Both the position numbers and the translations under genes were made by a program. From assembly GCA_051294905.1 (NCBI GenBank), contig CM119372.1:3660001-3724000 (forward strand): a stretch of 64,000 nucleotides of DNA, read 5' to 3'. Source of the DNA: Botryllus schlosseri (taxonomy: Eukaryota). Numbering within the stretch: the first letter of the stretch is position 1; the number at the start of each line of letters is the position of its first letter. The notes below the pieces were generated by a model that was not told the origin of the DNA, did not search any database, and saw only the letters and a program-made list of their open reading frames with translations. Positions 38,521-51,900 of this stretch are shown here, piece after piece.

Positions 38521-40954
38521 TTGGTTGTAGATTGATCGAACGAAGCAGTGACCTTGGAAGGTCCAGCGGCTCAAACTATTCATACAATAGACAAGCCCCT
38601 TGGCTTAATTCAACCAACATACTCCAATAATTATCATGCAGACAGCAATGAAGTATCTATGCAAAACTCGGTTAAGTTGGCACACGGAACATACGTCAAT
38701 CACAACACGAGTCAAGATTTAACCTATTCATATTCATGCACGATTAATAACAGTTCAATACTCCAAGGTGTGTTTACACCATAAATGTGACGGTATTTCC
38801 TGCCGACAATATACATGCATATAATACACAAGAAATATGCCAATCGATGCCACAAAAAAACAATACCACACAGAGTTCAAGTTGACCAATTTGCCGACCA
38901 CCTTGTTTATAAGAGTTTATAAGAGTTCCCCAATCTTCCAGATGCAGATATCAAACCGCAATTAGTCCAGGAACCGACCCCTTGTTTGAGTCGTTACTAC
39001 TTAGGATCATCAAGTAGCCTACTTGCGTGCTGTCGATTCGGAGATCGGGCATTCCAAGTCCAACAGAACGCGGGGTTTGTTGAGGGTTCGTTGTAACGAT
39101 ATTCCGAATGCAATACCTCTATGTTCTTGGCTCTTTCCATCTTTAGCTCATCGGCTTTATGGAGCGATTCCAGCAAATTTAATCGAGCTTCTTCATTTAT
39201 GTATACATTGCAATTTCGGTTAGCAGTCGCTCCCATTTCATCGCACTGCTTTATTTCTGTATACTTTGCAACTGCAGCAAGCAGCCGATCCAATCAATAG
39301 CATGTCAAGATTTTTCAGAGGGACATCGGAACATCACCCTTCAATCTCAAAAGACGTCAAACCCTTCCGCAATGCCTCCGTCAATGTCCGGTTTTCTGGA
39401 TATAGTCTGCTACTGGATGCTTCGTTTGGGGCTCTGTTTCAGACTGGCGGATTTACATTGGCATAGAGTCACAAGTTCGCCGAAACTATAGCGGACGCAC
39501 CGATGTCGTCTTTATATGCAATAATTGGATACTACAACTGAGTGTACAATTCATGTGGACATCATACATGGCATAGATATGCATACATATATCAGTCATA
39601 CTTCGGCTCACTGTAAAAGCTCGCATACATGAAAAAATGGTGGCGCCATTTTTGGTTAAGCAAACTGATGGTATAGCTAACACTTAACATGCATACGACA
39701 CAGTCCCAGATAAGCACAAAATGATACCATCTCACTTATAATAGTCATATGTGAACCAATATCCTAATTGTAATCATGCTATATTCCTAAATTTCCAGTA
39801 TTGGTGTGCTTAAGCTTTTTTATTCATTCGTATATATCGTGCTTCATAGGCAATAGACTAGGCTTATCGCGAATTTCGAACTCACATATGCTCCAATGCC
39901 TTACCCCAAGAGGTCTTTAAATACCCATGTTTCTATTGTCCTATGGTCCATTACACATCAAATTTTCAAACTTTTGTCCCGTTGGGGTGAAGGGTCCTGA
40001 CACTAGTATAGGGGCGGGGTCAGTTATGACGCCTTAATAATACCTACAGTTGTAGTACTCGCTATTAAATTACTGCAGTAACAACCAACTATTCTCATAT
40101 TAAATGTTCATAACTTATACCTATATCTAAGACATGTTAGCGTCATCTTAAAGCAATATGATGGTAGATGTCAAAGATTAGGTAAATGCAGTACTTGAAC
40201 AATATAAGAAAGATAGGCGTCACGTTGCAATAATACGTCGTAGTAAACCCTCACATTAAAATACCCTTTTGCAGATTGATTTTTGCCAATACAGTAAACT
40301 TTCATAGTTCGTACACGTAATGATTGCAATGCGACAAAATGGCGTTCGTCAGGCGCATTCACTTCGTAAAGTGAATACGCGTACAAAGCGGGTTTTATGC
40401 TAGTGTCATTTTCCATCATCGACACATCAGTTTCGAAAAACGAATGTGTGGGTAAGTTCAACCATGGGTTACTTTTCTAAGGTCTTTATATTAGCAGTAC
40501 TGGCCTGAAGTATTCCTAATGTTATAGGCCTAGTAATTCCGGTTACATTATACTTCTTTATTAATCCTAGTTAGTGACCAAGGTATCGATGTATATTAAT
40601 CACAATAGTAGCCCTAAACTTTTGGAATATTAGTCGATCTTCTCCAAGGTCTAGCACCAAGGTATCGATGTAGCAATTTGAAATCCGCTGACATTGTTGT
40701 TTGCGATTAGATAGTCGGCAACTATACTGGCGCTTCAGCGCTACGACGTAAAATCGACACAAGGCCCGATATATGTGACAACACAAAATGGACATAGTCG
40801 CCAACGAACTGACTCGCTGCTCCATGACCATTTACAGCGTCTCCACAGGGGCATTGACGTCCTGATCAGAATGGTATTGAGTGTATTGACCTTGCCGGAA
40901 TAGTAGCGCTTGTGACGTTCAGATATAGGTAAATATATTTTCAGTTTGAGTCAG

Positions 40955-41147
40955 ACCCGGACAACTAGAAAATTTTCAGCTTTTCCTAATTAGATGAGAT
41001 TTAGAGCTACACAGCTTTTCCAAATTATGTTGAAATTAGAATTAGAGCTACGCAGCTTTATCCGAATTAGATTAGAATTAGATTACTTGCATTTCGTTCT
41101 AATTCAGTGAAATTAGACAACTAGAATTATTTAGTTGTCCAAGCCTG
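40955..41147. mobile_element. MITE end with AATTAG repeats
   Basis: Multiple aattag/attagagctac units ending tagttgtccaagcctg. A related inverted stretch lies at ~10290-10350. Confidence 0.45.
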
Positions 41148-42082
41148 GTTCGAGTCGCCTGCTTGCAGTACCAATAATAAATCCAATTTGACTTTGTCCT
41201 TGTTATTACTTAATGCGACAAGTTGGTATATTTCTGAAGCTATTTTTGAGTTAGTGCGTTTCATCTTACGTCAGCGAGGTAAATTGTCCTCAAAAACACT
41301 AAACAAGAATGCTCTAAAATGCTGACAAAACCATGGAATATCTAGGTACAAAGGCACCCGCCTTATTGTCGGCATGAATATGCACAGCGAACGGCACATA
41401 TTTATTGACGCACTGCAATACTACACATTTACAACGCCGCAACATACCCTACGAAAACTTTATCGCTACTAGTGATTATTTGTCATCCTCACTAATTCTT
41501 GGTCCTAGTTCGGCCCATGTAAGCTTACACGAAATAATAGGGCGTTTTTCGGCATATTCAAATCTTGTCTGGAGTCAGGCTCACTTTCAACTAGACACTT
41601 TCATCTCGCCAAATCTGTCGCAGCCAATTACTACACGCGACAGGATAGTTAGTACGACTGCCCTGGATCGCAGTTTCGTGGTGTTTTGAAATGATGAAAA
41701 TATTATTAAAACTGATTGACTAAACGCGGCATAAGCACTCGTCATTTCCTGCTTTTATATCTCTGGACATTAGTATCTCTGGACTTTAATTCAACTATAC
41801 CAACTGTCCTACTCGAATTTTCGCGTAAATGAATTACATACCTTTCGTATTGATTATTCGAGCGGGTTTCTGCAGATATGGATCAATACCGTTAAGCATG
41901 ATCCGTTTTGAATACTATCGATAAAACGTATTAATATAGTGTAGCCTTCTTTGTTTCATCCATGGCGACTATATAGGACTATATACCGCGCATGTTTGAG
42001 AACAAACGGCAATATTCGCGAAGGATTTCATATGTCATCAGCTCATCACCCATTCGAATTACAACAGAATATGTCTGACAGC

Positions 42083-43213
42083 GAGAGGTGGTCAGTAACG
42101 AAGTACTTCTACTTTTTGGGATTACTCAAGTAGTTTTCCTCTACTTCTGGTACTTATTCAAGTAGATCTGATTTCCTCTACTTCTACTTCTACTTCGTAA
42201 TATTTTGTGATCTACTTACTTACTTTTCGCTATTTTCAGTTTGTCAAGTAGAAGTAGTCTAATCCCCCAATACGAAGGATAACTTGAGGAATTCCGCGGC
42301 TGTTTTCATGGAGTACCAACATTTAATATTCATAAAAGTCAAGTAAAGCCCAGAAATTTTATTGCGCTTCGCGCATAGTAGTGATGGAGTGACAAATATG
42401 TTTTCATGAAAGTATCAGTGAATGTAATTTAGGTACCGGATTGCTTGGTTCCTCTCACACCGCATTGTCGCCCATATGAAATATTTCATCACAGTAAATA
42501 TGGCCCACCACAACATTTGAAACTACCGTTTCGCAATCTAGCAATTACCTATCATATTGTAATCTAGCATCCCCTTACGTGTCTTGATAATCTGAAAAAT
42601 CCAGCTTTTTTGAACGTTACACCTGTTTTAGCAGATGACCTTTTAAGCTTTGTAGACAAAATACAGGAAATATATTCTCCGCTTTTTAGAAGTGGTATTT
42701 GTATTTCATTTTGATTAACGTATAATAATCACGCAAAGTGATGTAACCGTATCCGATACATTTTCTACGTATTGCTCTTCGCCTAAACTTGTGGCCTTAT
42801 AATATGGGGTAGGGCGCCATCCAATGATATTCTCTAAAAACGGGGTGTTCCAGTAAACAAAAGATAAGTATCGCATTTTCATATCAGTGCTATAATTTGC
42901 ATCCCATGATGCGAAACAATACTTATTATGTTGAAAATTGATACCTCCTGGGATGCATCAATACGAATCAAGCTCCCTGCACGTGCCGCATAGCTCAATT
43001 CGCAGCTTTTGACAGTCCATGCGAACGAATTGAGGCTGTTTTCAAAACTACTTACTTACTTGAGTAGATATAAAGTCAGTTAATTCTACTTCTACTTCAA
43101 GTAGTTTTAGGTGGCTTATTGAAGAAGTACTTCTACTTGTACTTGTGTAGATTTTTCCGTCGCTACTTCTACTTCTACTTGAGTAGCTTTCTTGACTACT
43201 TGGACCACCTCTG
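42083..43213. mobile_element. hAT MITE with (CTACTT)n subterminal repeats
   Basis: TIRs gagaggtggtc / gaccacctctg. Flanks ctgacagc/ctgatatc (6 of 8). Confidence 0.7.
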
Positions 43214-43722
43214 CTGATATCATCCATAAGTCAGTTTTTCTTTTCTTTAGCAATTGTCATATAATTCGGACCCTCTCTGTCTTTCAGCGTTCCCTTTATT
43301 TGAATTCAAAACGACTAGAACTTTTTATACAGTTGCACTGTGTTCCAGAATAGCTATAACCATCACATTCTGTGGGATCCGTTTTTGACCACAATTCCTA
43401 ATTTAAGAAATTACGTCGCGGGCCATTCAAAACCTTCCCGCGGCCACGGGTTGGCTGGCCCTGACCTAGCTCAATCAGGGGTGTGCAAATATTTTCAGGT
43501 TAGTCAATTGTGAACTAGCGGGACGAAAACTTGGCCCATATTACAAGTCGTATTATTTTTCCAAATAAAGATCCGAAAATTACATCCTCAATGCAGGCCA
43601 TTGCAGGTCAACCCCTTTTTTGCCTCCCGCATCCAGCATAAATTTTGATGGTGGACTCAACAAATTTTGGTCTAAAAGTGCAGAGTCGCAATGCCTCGAA
43701 TCAAGTCAAATGACCCTTACAG

Positions 43723-45239
43723 CAGGGGTCGGCAACCTTTTGCTAGCCGCGGCCCAAATTTCAGGTGTACAACTTTTTTGGCGGGCCGGAATTTTTCCTA
43801 GTACTATATTTTACGCTCACTTCGGTATATTATCCTACATTGCTGCGATCTCAATCATACCAATCAGAAGACACATGTATTTACACCTTAACAACACAGA
43901 ATAATTGTGACAATTGACGCAGCTTGCTCTGTGAGAGGTTTTCAACTTCTAGTAACGAGTCAAATGAAACAAGAATCAGACCCTATTCAAAACGGACGCC
44001 AGAAATACGTGATCTTAGCTTGCTCTTCGTGAATTTCATTGCTCGCAACTATTGTTCACAGGCGTACGAGCTTCCAAAATCTGATGCAATTCCTTTTGCA
44101 TTGCTATTCAAGCTGGGATAAAGACCGATTTGTCGATATGCTCTTTGTGTAAAATCTATCATTCAACTCAACTGCATCGCATTTCAAAAAGGCCTATTTG
44201 AAATTTTCAGGCAATGGTATTGGCGTCCGCATTAAACAGAGCACTGAATAGTCAGAATTCATTTTGTAGAGAAGGAATGTCGGAAAAGCGGGTGAATTTT
44301 CAGTCATCAAATTCCGCATCACAGTACAAGTGTAGTGATTAGTACTGGATTTTCTCCAGTATAGTAAAGTGAGCATAATTTTCTTTGTACTGTCGACATT
44401 TCCAGAATCACAGATTTGTTTTGAATGTGCCTCAACCTCCCACGCGCTTAGTTGTTTTCCCCCTGGAGTTGCAAATTAAATTTATTCAGATGTGACGTTA
44501 AATGTACCAGGAAAGCAAGATGAGATACCCATTTTCGATTACAAGATTATGCGTCGGCGATATTTGTGTTTTCGAGGGAAGTTGCCATTTCATTTCTCAG
44601 TTCATACACTCGTGTAGGCATAACGTAATTGATTTAGACGATGTAGGTTACTATTATACCGTAGCAATGCCGCATTTTTTTTATGCAGTGCTGCACTGCA
44701 GATTGAATCTAATTATGAAACGGCGGGCCGCATTCTAGTGACAACTAATTACTATGTCGCGGGCCAGTTTGAAAGGGATGGACTATTCGCCGCCTTGACA
44801 TATCATTATCGAAAGCTTCGACCAGGCCTAGGTTTCATAGCCGACGGTCCTTCTGTGAGCGCAAACGGCGGGGAACACTCTATCTCGTAATCGCAAATGC
44901 AGTTCGGCTCAATTTGATACATTAGGCGTTCTTTCATTTTTACGAAGAGGTAACCTTATTAAAAGCAAAAAATCGAGCGACAACATTTTGTGCAAAGCGT
45001 GTAGTAAATTTTTACTTTTGATAAACCTATCGCAAATTATTCCACTTTAGTGTACGGAGATCTACCAAAATATGATCGGCTAACTGATACCTCAATCATT
45101 ACATATCAACAGTTGCGGCCAGACTAGTCAATTTCAGTTGGCCTAGTAAGTTCACAATCTGTGCAGTTATTACTGATTTCGCAAATTACCTCACGGGTCA
45201 CTCAAAACCCTATCACGGGCCTCGGATTGGCCGCCCCTG
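43723..45239. mobile_element. hAT-Charlie-like non-autonomous element
   Basis: TIRs caggggtcggcaac / ttggccgcccctg. 3' third is homologous to 575-1160. Confidence 0.65.
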
Positions 45240-46473
45240 TGTTACTAGGTTGCTATTCCACCCTTGTGGATTTTAGGGTTCGTATCGAACTTGGGGCGTT
45301 ACGTTCCTTGATTTCGCCTATCTATACTATCTCTGCTCTACAAAATTTCCCCAGGCCGTAGCCTAGAACTCGCTCGGTATGTACAATGGTCCTGCGAGCG
45401 GCTATGCAATGCCAGCTCTGTGGATCCTACTGCACCTATTTGCGTAGGCGTAAGGCTTCCCGCTACCGAGGCGAGTTACTGTCCCTGGGCCCACGGATTG
45501 CCATAAGAGCAATCGTCTAAATTGGGATTACTCCTACCTGACATATTCGCTAACTAACTACGCTTCGGAACAAAGCCCATCTTGAACTCGAGACAATAAG
45601 GGCCCAGCCCATCGTGCCGCTCGAATTTGTCCACAAGCTCGCAATGAAGGCTTTGCTCCAGGGACTAATCGCCCGTCTGGAGGTTGCCAGCTACCAAAAA
45701 CGTGCCGTAATTATTTTATTCAACCTGACTTACTTCCGATTTGAAGCTGATGCGAACCCACCGGGTGGCAGGTTCATATTCTTTACTTAGTGTAAGGTCT
45801 GCTCGGCCGCGCTCGTAAATCGCCGTAGTGAACGCAACACCTCTAAGCGGGACCCCGCGCATTTCCCAGCCTAGTCTTCCAGGATAAGCCTATACATAAC
45901 AATATTCGGACATTGATGATCCCGGGTACCTGTTGAAAGTAATCGCCAAAAAAGGTTATTGAAAAGCAATAATTAGCATGCACTAAATCAGACACATTCC
46001 CACACTTGACAAACGGCAGCCTACCTTAACCAATTAGTTATTTTACCATTTCACGCCTTCCTGTTCTATCCAGAGGCCCCAATTCGGACAGACTTGGAGG
46101 TGCTGCGGCCGCGGCATTAATAATAGGGATATTATTACATTAATCTCAAGTGGGTCCCCTTCGACGGGTTTCCACAAACGAGAATCTTACAACCTTCGGA
46201 AAAATCCAAATTACTTATGATAGTATCTTGCGTTCGATACGGAAAAAAAACTCACAACTCCATACATGCCAACCGGGTCGCTTTTATGCCGGCCATAATT
46301 TGTAGTTTTAAAATCTTGATATGGCGAAACTTGCCGGGATTTCTACAGCAACCTCAGAGTGAACCATGGGTAGATATGGCCCGCAAGCTGTGCCCGTAAC
46401 CTCCACCATGGGCCGCTCGTACCTGCGAGCCTAGGGGCTCGAATTCAACCTGAAAGGACCCGCACGATCAAGG

Positions 46474-46870
46474 AGTAGTATAGTCGATCGGTCGTGACGG
46501 GCCATTGGTTCTTATGGGCGCGGCGGTGAGGTGCCGCGAAAACTCGTGGTGGTGATGGCACCCTTTTACACCCCCTCTCGGCGGTGAGGTGCCATGTGTT
46601 CTTATGGATGCGGTGATGATGGTACCCTTTCGGGTATAGGCTGCGGCGGTGATGTGCCTGAAAACTCGTGTTGGTGACTCGCCTTTTTTGCTATAGGCTG
46701 TGGTGATGATGTGCCCACGGATTCTTGTGTCGTAGTGAACTAACGTTGTGGATATAGGCTGCGGCGGTGATGCGCCATGTATTCTAACGCGATATGTGGT
46801 GACTCGCCATGTGTTCTTATGGGTGCGGTCGTGATGCGCACTTTCAACCATCTCTCGCGCGGTGTTGAAT
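46474..46870. mobile_element. Putative Polinton/Maverick terminus with subterminal repeat array
   Basis: AGTAGTATAG start, then ~11 degenerate GYGGYGGTGAYGYGCC cores spaced ~26-33 bp. Lies ~350 bp from the protease gene. Confidence 0.55.
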
Positions 46871-47203
46871 AGTCACCAACAATAACCGCACAAACGGAAA
46901 CGTGGCTTGCAAGAGGATTAAGCAGTGCGTGCGACCTATATTCCGAATGACCTGCGCGCTGAATTGTTTCACGGCCAACCGCGTGCTACTATCGAATATT
47001 ACACTATTCCATTCAGTGCGAAATAGTTTGATCGTAAATTATGTTATATGATGTCGTAGTTTAGTCGTGTCAAATGACCGATCGTGTTCTCTTTCCTCGC
47101 TATTGATTGCTAGCTGAATAATACTTTCGGCTTATTCACTGTTTCGTCTGCTGTTCACAGTCGCAACAAGAATCACAATTATACACATTTACACATTCGT
47201 TTA

Positions 47204-47640
47204 TTACTCTGAAATCAAACTCTTCACAAAAACACGTACAATCGTATCATTCACTTTTTTATCATCACCAAAATTATCCAAGTATTCCTCGGTTGAAAAC
47301 CCTTGAGCTCTTTTTATCAAGAATGCGATAGCATGATCTCCACACATATCTGAAGTTTTACTCTGTAACTGTTTCCCAGTCACTGAAAATTCATCCGGCT
47401 CGAGGAATTCGATTATCTGAGGTTTTAGTGGTCCGAAGCCTAGCGAATCATGAAAATGAGTATCGTCATCTCTGTATATAGACACCCAGTGGGACCCAGG
47501 CAAACTCGACTCGTCGTAATTAATGGTGATAGCGAATTTTCCGCTAATTGGTTTCTTTGGTAACTGGTCTATCGGATAAGTCCCTAGATAGACTTTGTGT
47601 GTCAGGATGGTTATAGAGAATATCATTAATCTCAGACAGA
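47204..47640 (-). pseudogene. Adenain-like cysteine protease (PRO) of Polinton/Maverick/adintovirus type, frameshifted near the N-terminus
   Basis: YLGTYPIDQLP...INYD...PGSHWV...HDSLG...QLQ....MCG keeps the His-Asp-Gln-Cys order. The expected N-terminus EINDILYNHPDT is in another frame (shift at ~47600). Confidence 0.88.
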
Positions 47641-48987
47641 GCCGGCGTAGACGGTGATTCCAATACCAACAACATGCTAACACTCCAAATAGGTGTGAAA
47701 TAGTTTGCAAAACCCCGCAATCGCTGACAACATAATGTCTCGGTCATAGCCATCTTTTGCGACTTGGCGCTACAGACATCGATCGCTCAAGCGTTGAAAT
47801 TTTCGTAAGCAGTTTGTCACAGAACCGGATTTCACTGGTAAAATTTAATAAGTAACGAATAACAGAACCGTCGCAGCGGGTGATTGGAATACCGACAAAT
47901 TATCACTTATTTCTGATCCAACCCTAATCCTTTGGGAAGTTGACGCTTATTCAAAAAGGTGTGAAATAATTGTAAAACCCTACGTCACTGACAGGATAAT
48001 GCATCAGACATAGCGATCTAGTTATAGCACGGGTCGGAATCCATTCGCGAGATGTTCTATAGGCAAATTGAGATAATCCGAGACCGAATATTTTGACTTT
48101 GGCGTAGTGTGAATTGAAATAGGATTGACAAACATGACTACCATCTTTCCAAGTACCATTTCGATATTATACACACATTGATTTGAAACAAGTAATGGAA
48201 CATTACAACTCTATTCACGATCCGGCTTTCGGTTTGTTAAAGAGACATTTTAACATCTTACCATACTCAAAAAAATTATTCATAATATTAACCGGTGTTA
48301 AAAATATAGTTTTCACTTACTTGATTATATCACAACAACTCACAAACTTGAATTACTTCATCCTTGTTGTATTCGTATGATCGGTCTTTTTTAATCAATT
48401 GTAAAGATCGTTACTATTCTGAAGACAAAGTATTTACTAGTCGGTGCATATACGACTTGACATAAACATATTATATTTTGAGTATACGAGATTTGGATGT
48501 CTGCATAATAATTTATCACAATAAAATCCGCATATTACAGCGTAAAAGATGTTTGAATGTCAGCAACTCTGTACGGCCATAGTTACTATCACTAATTTAC
48601 CCGACCAACTCGTCATGATCATTCCTGAAATCAACACAAATATGTCCACTGACTTGAGTTAACCACAAAACAGCGTCAAGTTTTAAATCCACTTGTAGCT
48701 TACGGCTTATTTGAATGCGGTTATGTTTTGTTGTAATTGAGTGTACGGAAATAGTATTACATCTCGACATCTTACCATCTTACCATATTCAAAGAGTCAA
48801 CCACGAAAACATTGTCAAGTCAATCCGTTTGTAACTTACCCAACCAACTCAAGCAGTATCAGTATGAAAACAACCAAGCATACACGAGTCCATACAATCG
48901 CTACAATCTAAAATCCATAGCAAGTTCGGTTTTAGGTATATACCACCAACTCGTCTTTTTTGTTCAACTGTAAAAGTCGTTACTATA

Positions 48988-51900
48988 CAACAAGACAAAG
49001 AGATTACTATGCGATATATTTTGTAAGACAAAGTAATTACCACTCGGTGTCGGCGACTTGAGATTAACATAATATATTTGAGTATACGACATTTGGAAGT
49101 ATGACCATCGTAGTTTCTTACAATCGAACGCAGGTGTTATATCGAAAATTATCGTGATGTAAACATAAGGATTGTCACATCGATTTAACATATGAGATTT
49201 TGTAATGGTCTATCATGACTTGATTATTAAATTATTCGCGTTAATTAGACCCGGCGTTGTGGTAAAGGTTATTATGACAGCAACAAACTTTTCAGTATCG
49301 TTGTTATTAACATATTGAGTTGTAAAACTATGCGTGTCTGAAATGTTCTTGAATGGAAAATTATTCCACCTTGGTACATATCACCCTGCGTATCGCGGAT
49401 ATCAGAAAATATTTTACAAATGTAATTGTCTCCACTAACCAAGACTAAAGATGAAACATCAATTTCCTTTGTTAGACAATAACCGGTACAATACCTAATC
49501 ATCGTAAACAGCAGCGAGAATTGAAACACTTTCGCACATTATCCGGTGTCAAGATATCACACTAGGTGAATTGGCATACCGACGCTTGATTAATACCTAA
49601 TCCATTCGCACGATTTCACATACTTTGATCATTACAAAAGTAAATTGGAATGTGTTTGCTAGATGCATTCAATTCGGTTAGAAATGTCTGGTACACAACA
49701 ATCGTAATATCAAGGAAGTACTTGCTACGCTGTAATCCACTTAACGTGTTTTGCATTGTTGTTCATTTGTAGTATTGATTGTTTTTGAACCCCCAAATAA
49801 TAATTCCCGACATGAAACCAAACCGCTGAAAGTCGTTACCATCACAACGAAACAATTTGTACGATGTTTGTCAAATGCATCCTATAGTTAGGTGTACTAG
49901 AATTATTTGTGTAACACATACGCCGACAATGCAATCGAAATTTTTTCCGTTGTCATTCACTAAAGTAAATGTCATCACAATACTCATCAAGCTGTCATCT
50001 GTAAATCAAGATTACATCCAACTTGTAACTGTATCGTTTAACTACCGGGTTGCATCAGTTTGCTATTTGTGTCATTTAGTGACTGCTGAACATACCAAAC
50101 GATACACATTCACTTACGAAATACTGTGTTGGTCGTAATTTCCATCATCGTGATAATCGAAGTACATTTGTTTCGAGTTCATAACAACCAACTACTTTTC
50201 TATGACCCGATATATTTTTGACAAGTTATGCTTAGAAGATTGGTGCATCTCGCGAAAAATAATATACCACTCATATTGATACTGCTACTCCATCGACCGG
50301 TATTTCCAAACGAGTCGATTTTCAACCGAGCAAAATTTATTACTCGAGTTGTCCTGCTTACTATATTTAAATGTAAACTCACCCGTCTTTCAACAACAAA
50401 CAATGATAAAAAGTACACAAGCAAACACAACAAGTTTTACTTTTGTAGGACACTAATTATTATTCCACGCATCTCATTTCATACTAAGTGTATATGAAAG
50501 ATGTTCATGGTACACGAATATATTCGCTCATGCTACGAACATACGCAATGATTGGTGACGCTTTCACACTATTTCGATTTAGTGTAACAAAAACAACAAC
50601 AACAATTTTCACTCTCTTGACTTATGAAAACAACAGACGAACCTTCATTCAATATTTTGTTTTTTTGTCAACTAGTTACTTTTTCATGAGACCCCCACTA
50701 CTCTTACAAAAGTACGAAAGATATTTACATCACACAAAGTAATCAACTTTACTCGATATTCCCATGCTACGAACCTGTACTATGATTGGTGACGCTTTCA
50801 AACTGTTTCGTTACCTCAAGACATTTATTGTCTGAATGGTTGTTCATGTATCTTATTAATCAAATTGTTTAACACACAACAATAGTACGAACAGAAACAT
50901 CAGAGTTGTTTACACAAAAGTTTGTATGCGTACAGTATGCGAATACCATGTGTAAGTCGAGCGCAATTGCGGTATCCATCCAAGTTTAGTTAACACAAAT
51001 TCATTACAACGGAGCCGCGTAAACTTTCGTGAAAGAAAAGCATACCCACTTCCCGAGGGTTCTGTCAATGTCATAACAATAAACCAGATACTCCAACAAC
51101 AGAGTACATATGTTTTCTACTTACGGTGCTTACATCTTACACACAAATCAATCTACTTTGCTAACGAAAAGTGGTGAGTCATCATATGGTTATCCTCACT
51201 AGTAAAACATACTATCATACAAAATGGTCGTTATAGTTTGCACACCAACGGTACATCGTACAAGTAACAAGTCTCGAGAATCCAGTTATTCAAAAAACGT
51301 GAAAGTATTTCTACACCAAGTCGTTATGTTGACGAAAGCGTATATTGTAATATCATGTTCGATTTGCTTTCGTTGATCACAAACTGTCACTACTCTAAAT
51401 AATTCTTTTTCACTCAAACACAAACGCATACTTGTCACCATTCGTTTTCATCAAGTACGAGTTCAAGAAACTTACTACGACATGAATTTTCATTTTTATG
51501 TTGTGTAAATAGGTAATAATTAATTCAAGTAACACTATATCAACATCATCGAGTTGTGCTAATAGATTTACATGTGGTCTTGTGGTTTTCGTCGGGACAT
51601 ACAGCACGAACTAACTGTATACTCCTCTCTGTTGTACAGCTACTCGGTAATCGAAATGCATTAACATGTAAACAACGATCTTGTTTCGTCACACCAAAAA
51701 TATGTTCACTGTCGCGATACTCCGCACAAGACGTGCATAGCCTTTTCACACTCGTAATAGTATACCAACGTCAAGCGATAACGTTTAACAAGACCAACGA
51801 CACTGAACCCACGACGTTTACCTATGTAAAATTACCATTTTCACTTGCCAGTCCGTCGTTTACCCGACTAAACATATTATTTTCCTTTGGAGATCTGACG

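Noticed and set aside
38997..39480. 98-aa minus-strand ORF and upstream protein-like frame
   Set aside because: No recognisable motif or supporting splice structure.
46510..46865. CRISPR-like repeat array, or the 127-aa ORF 46468-46851
   Set aside because: Degenerate subterminal repeats. The ORF is a by-product of the repeat.
47600..47710. N-terminal ~37 aa of the 168-aa ORF as part of the protease
   Set aside because: The protease-like N-terminus is in the overlapping frame (EINDILYNHPDT), so the ORF-track start is spurious.
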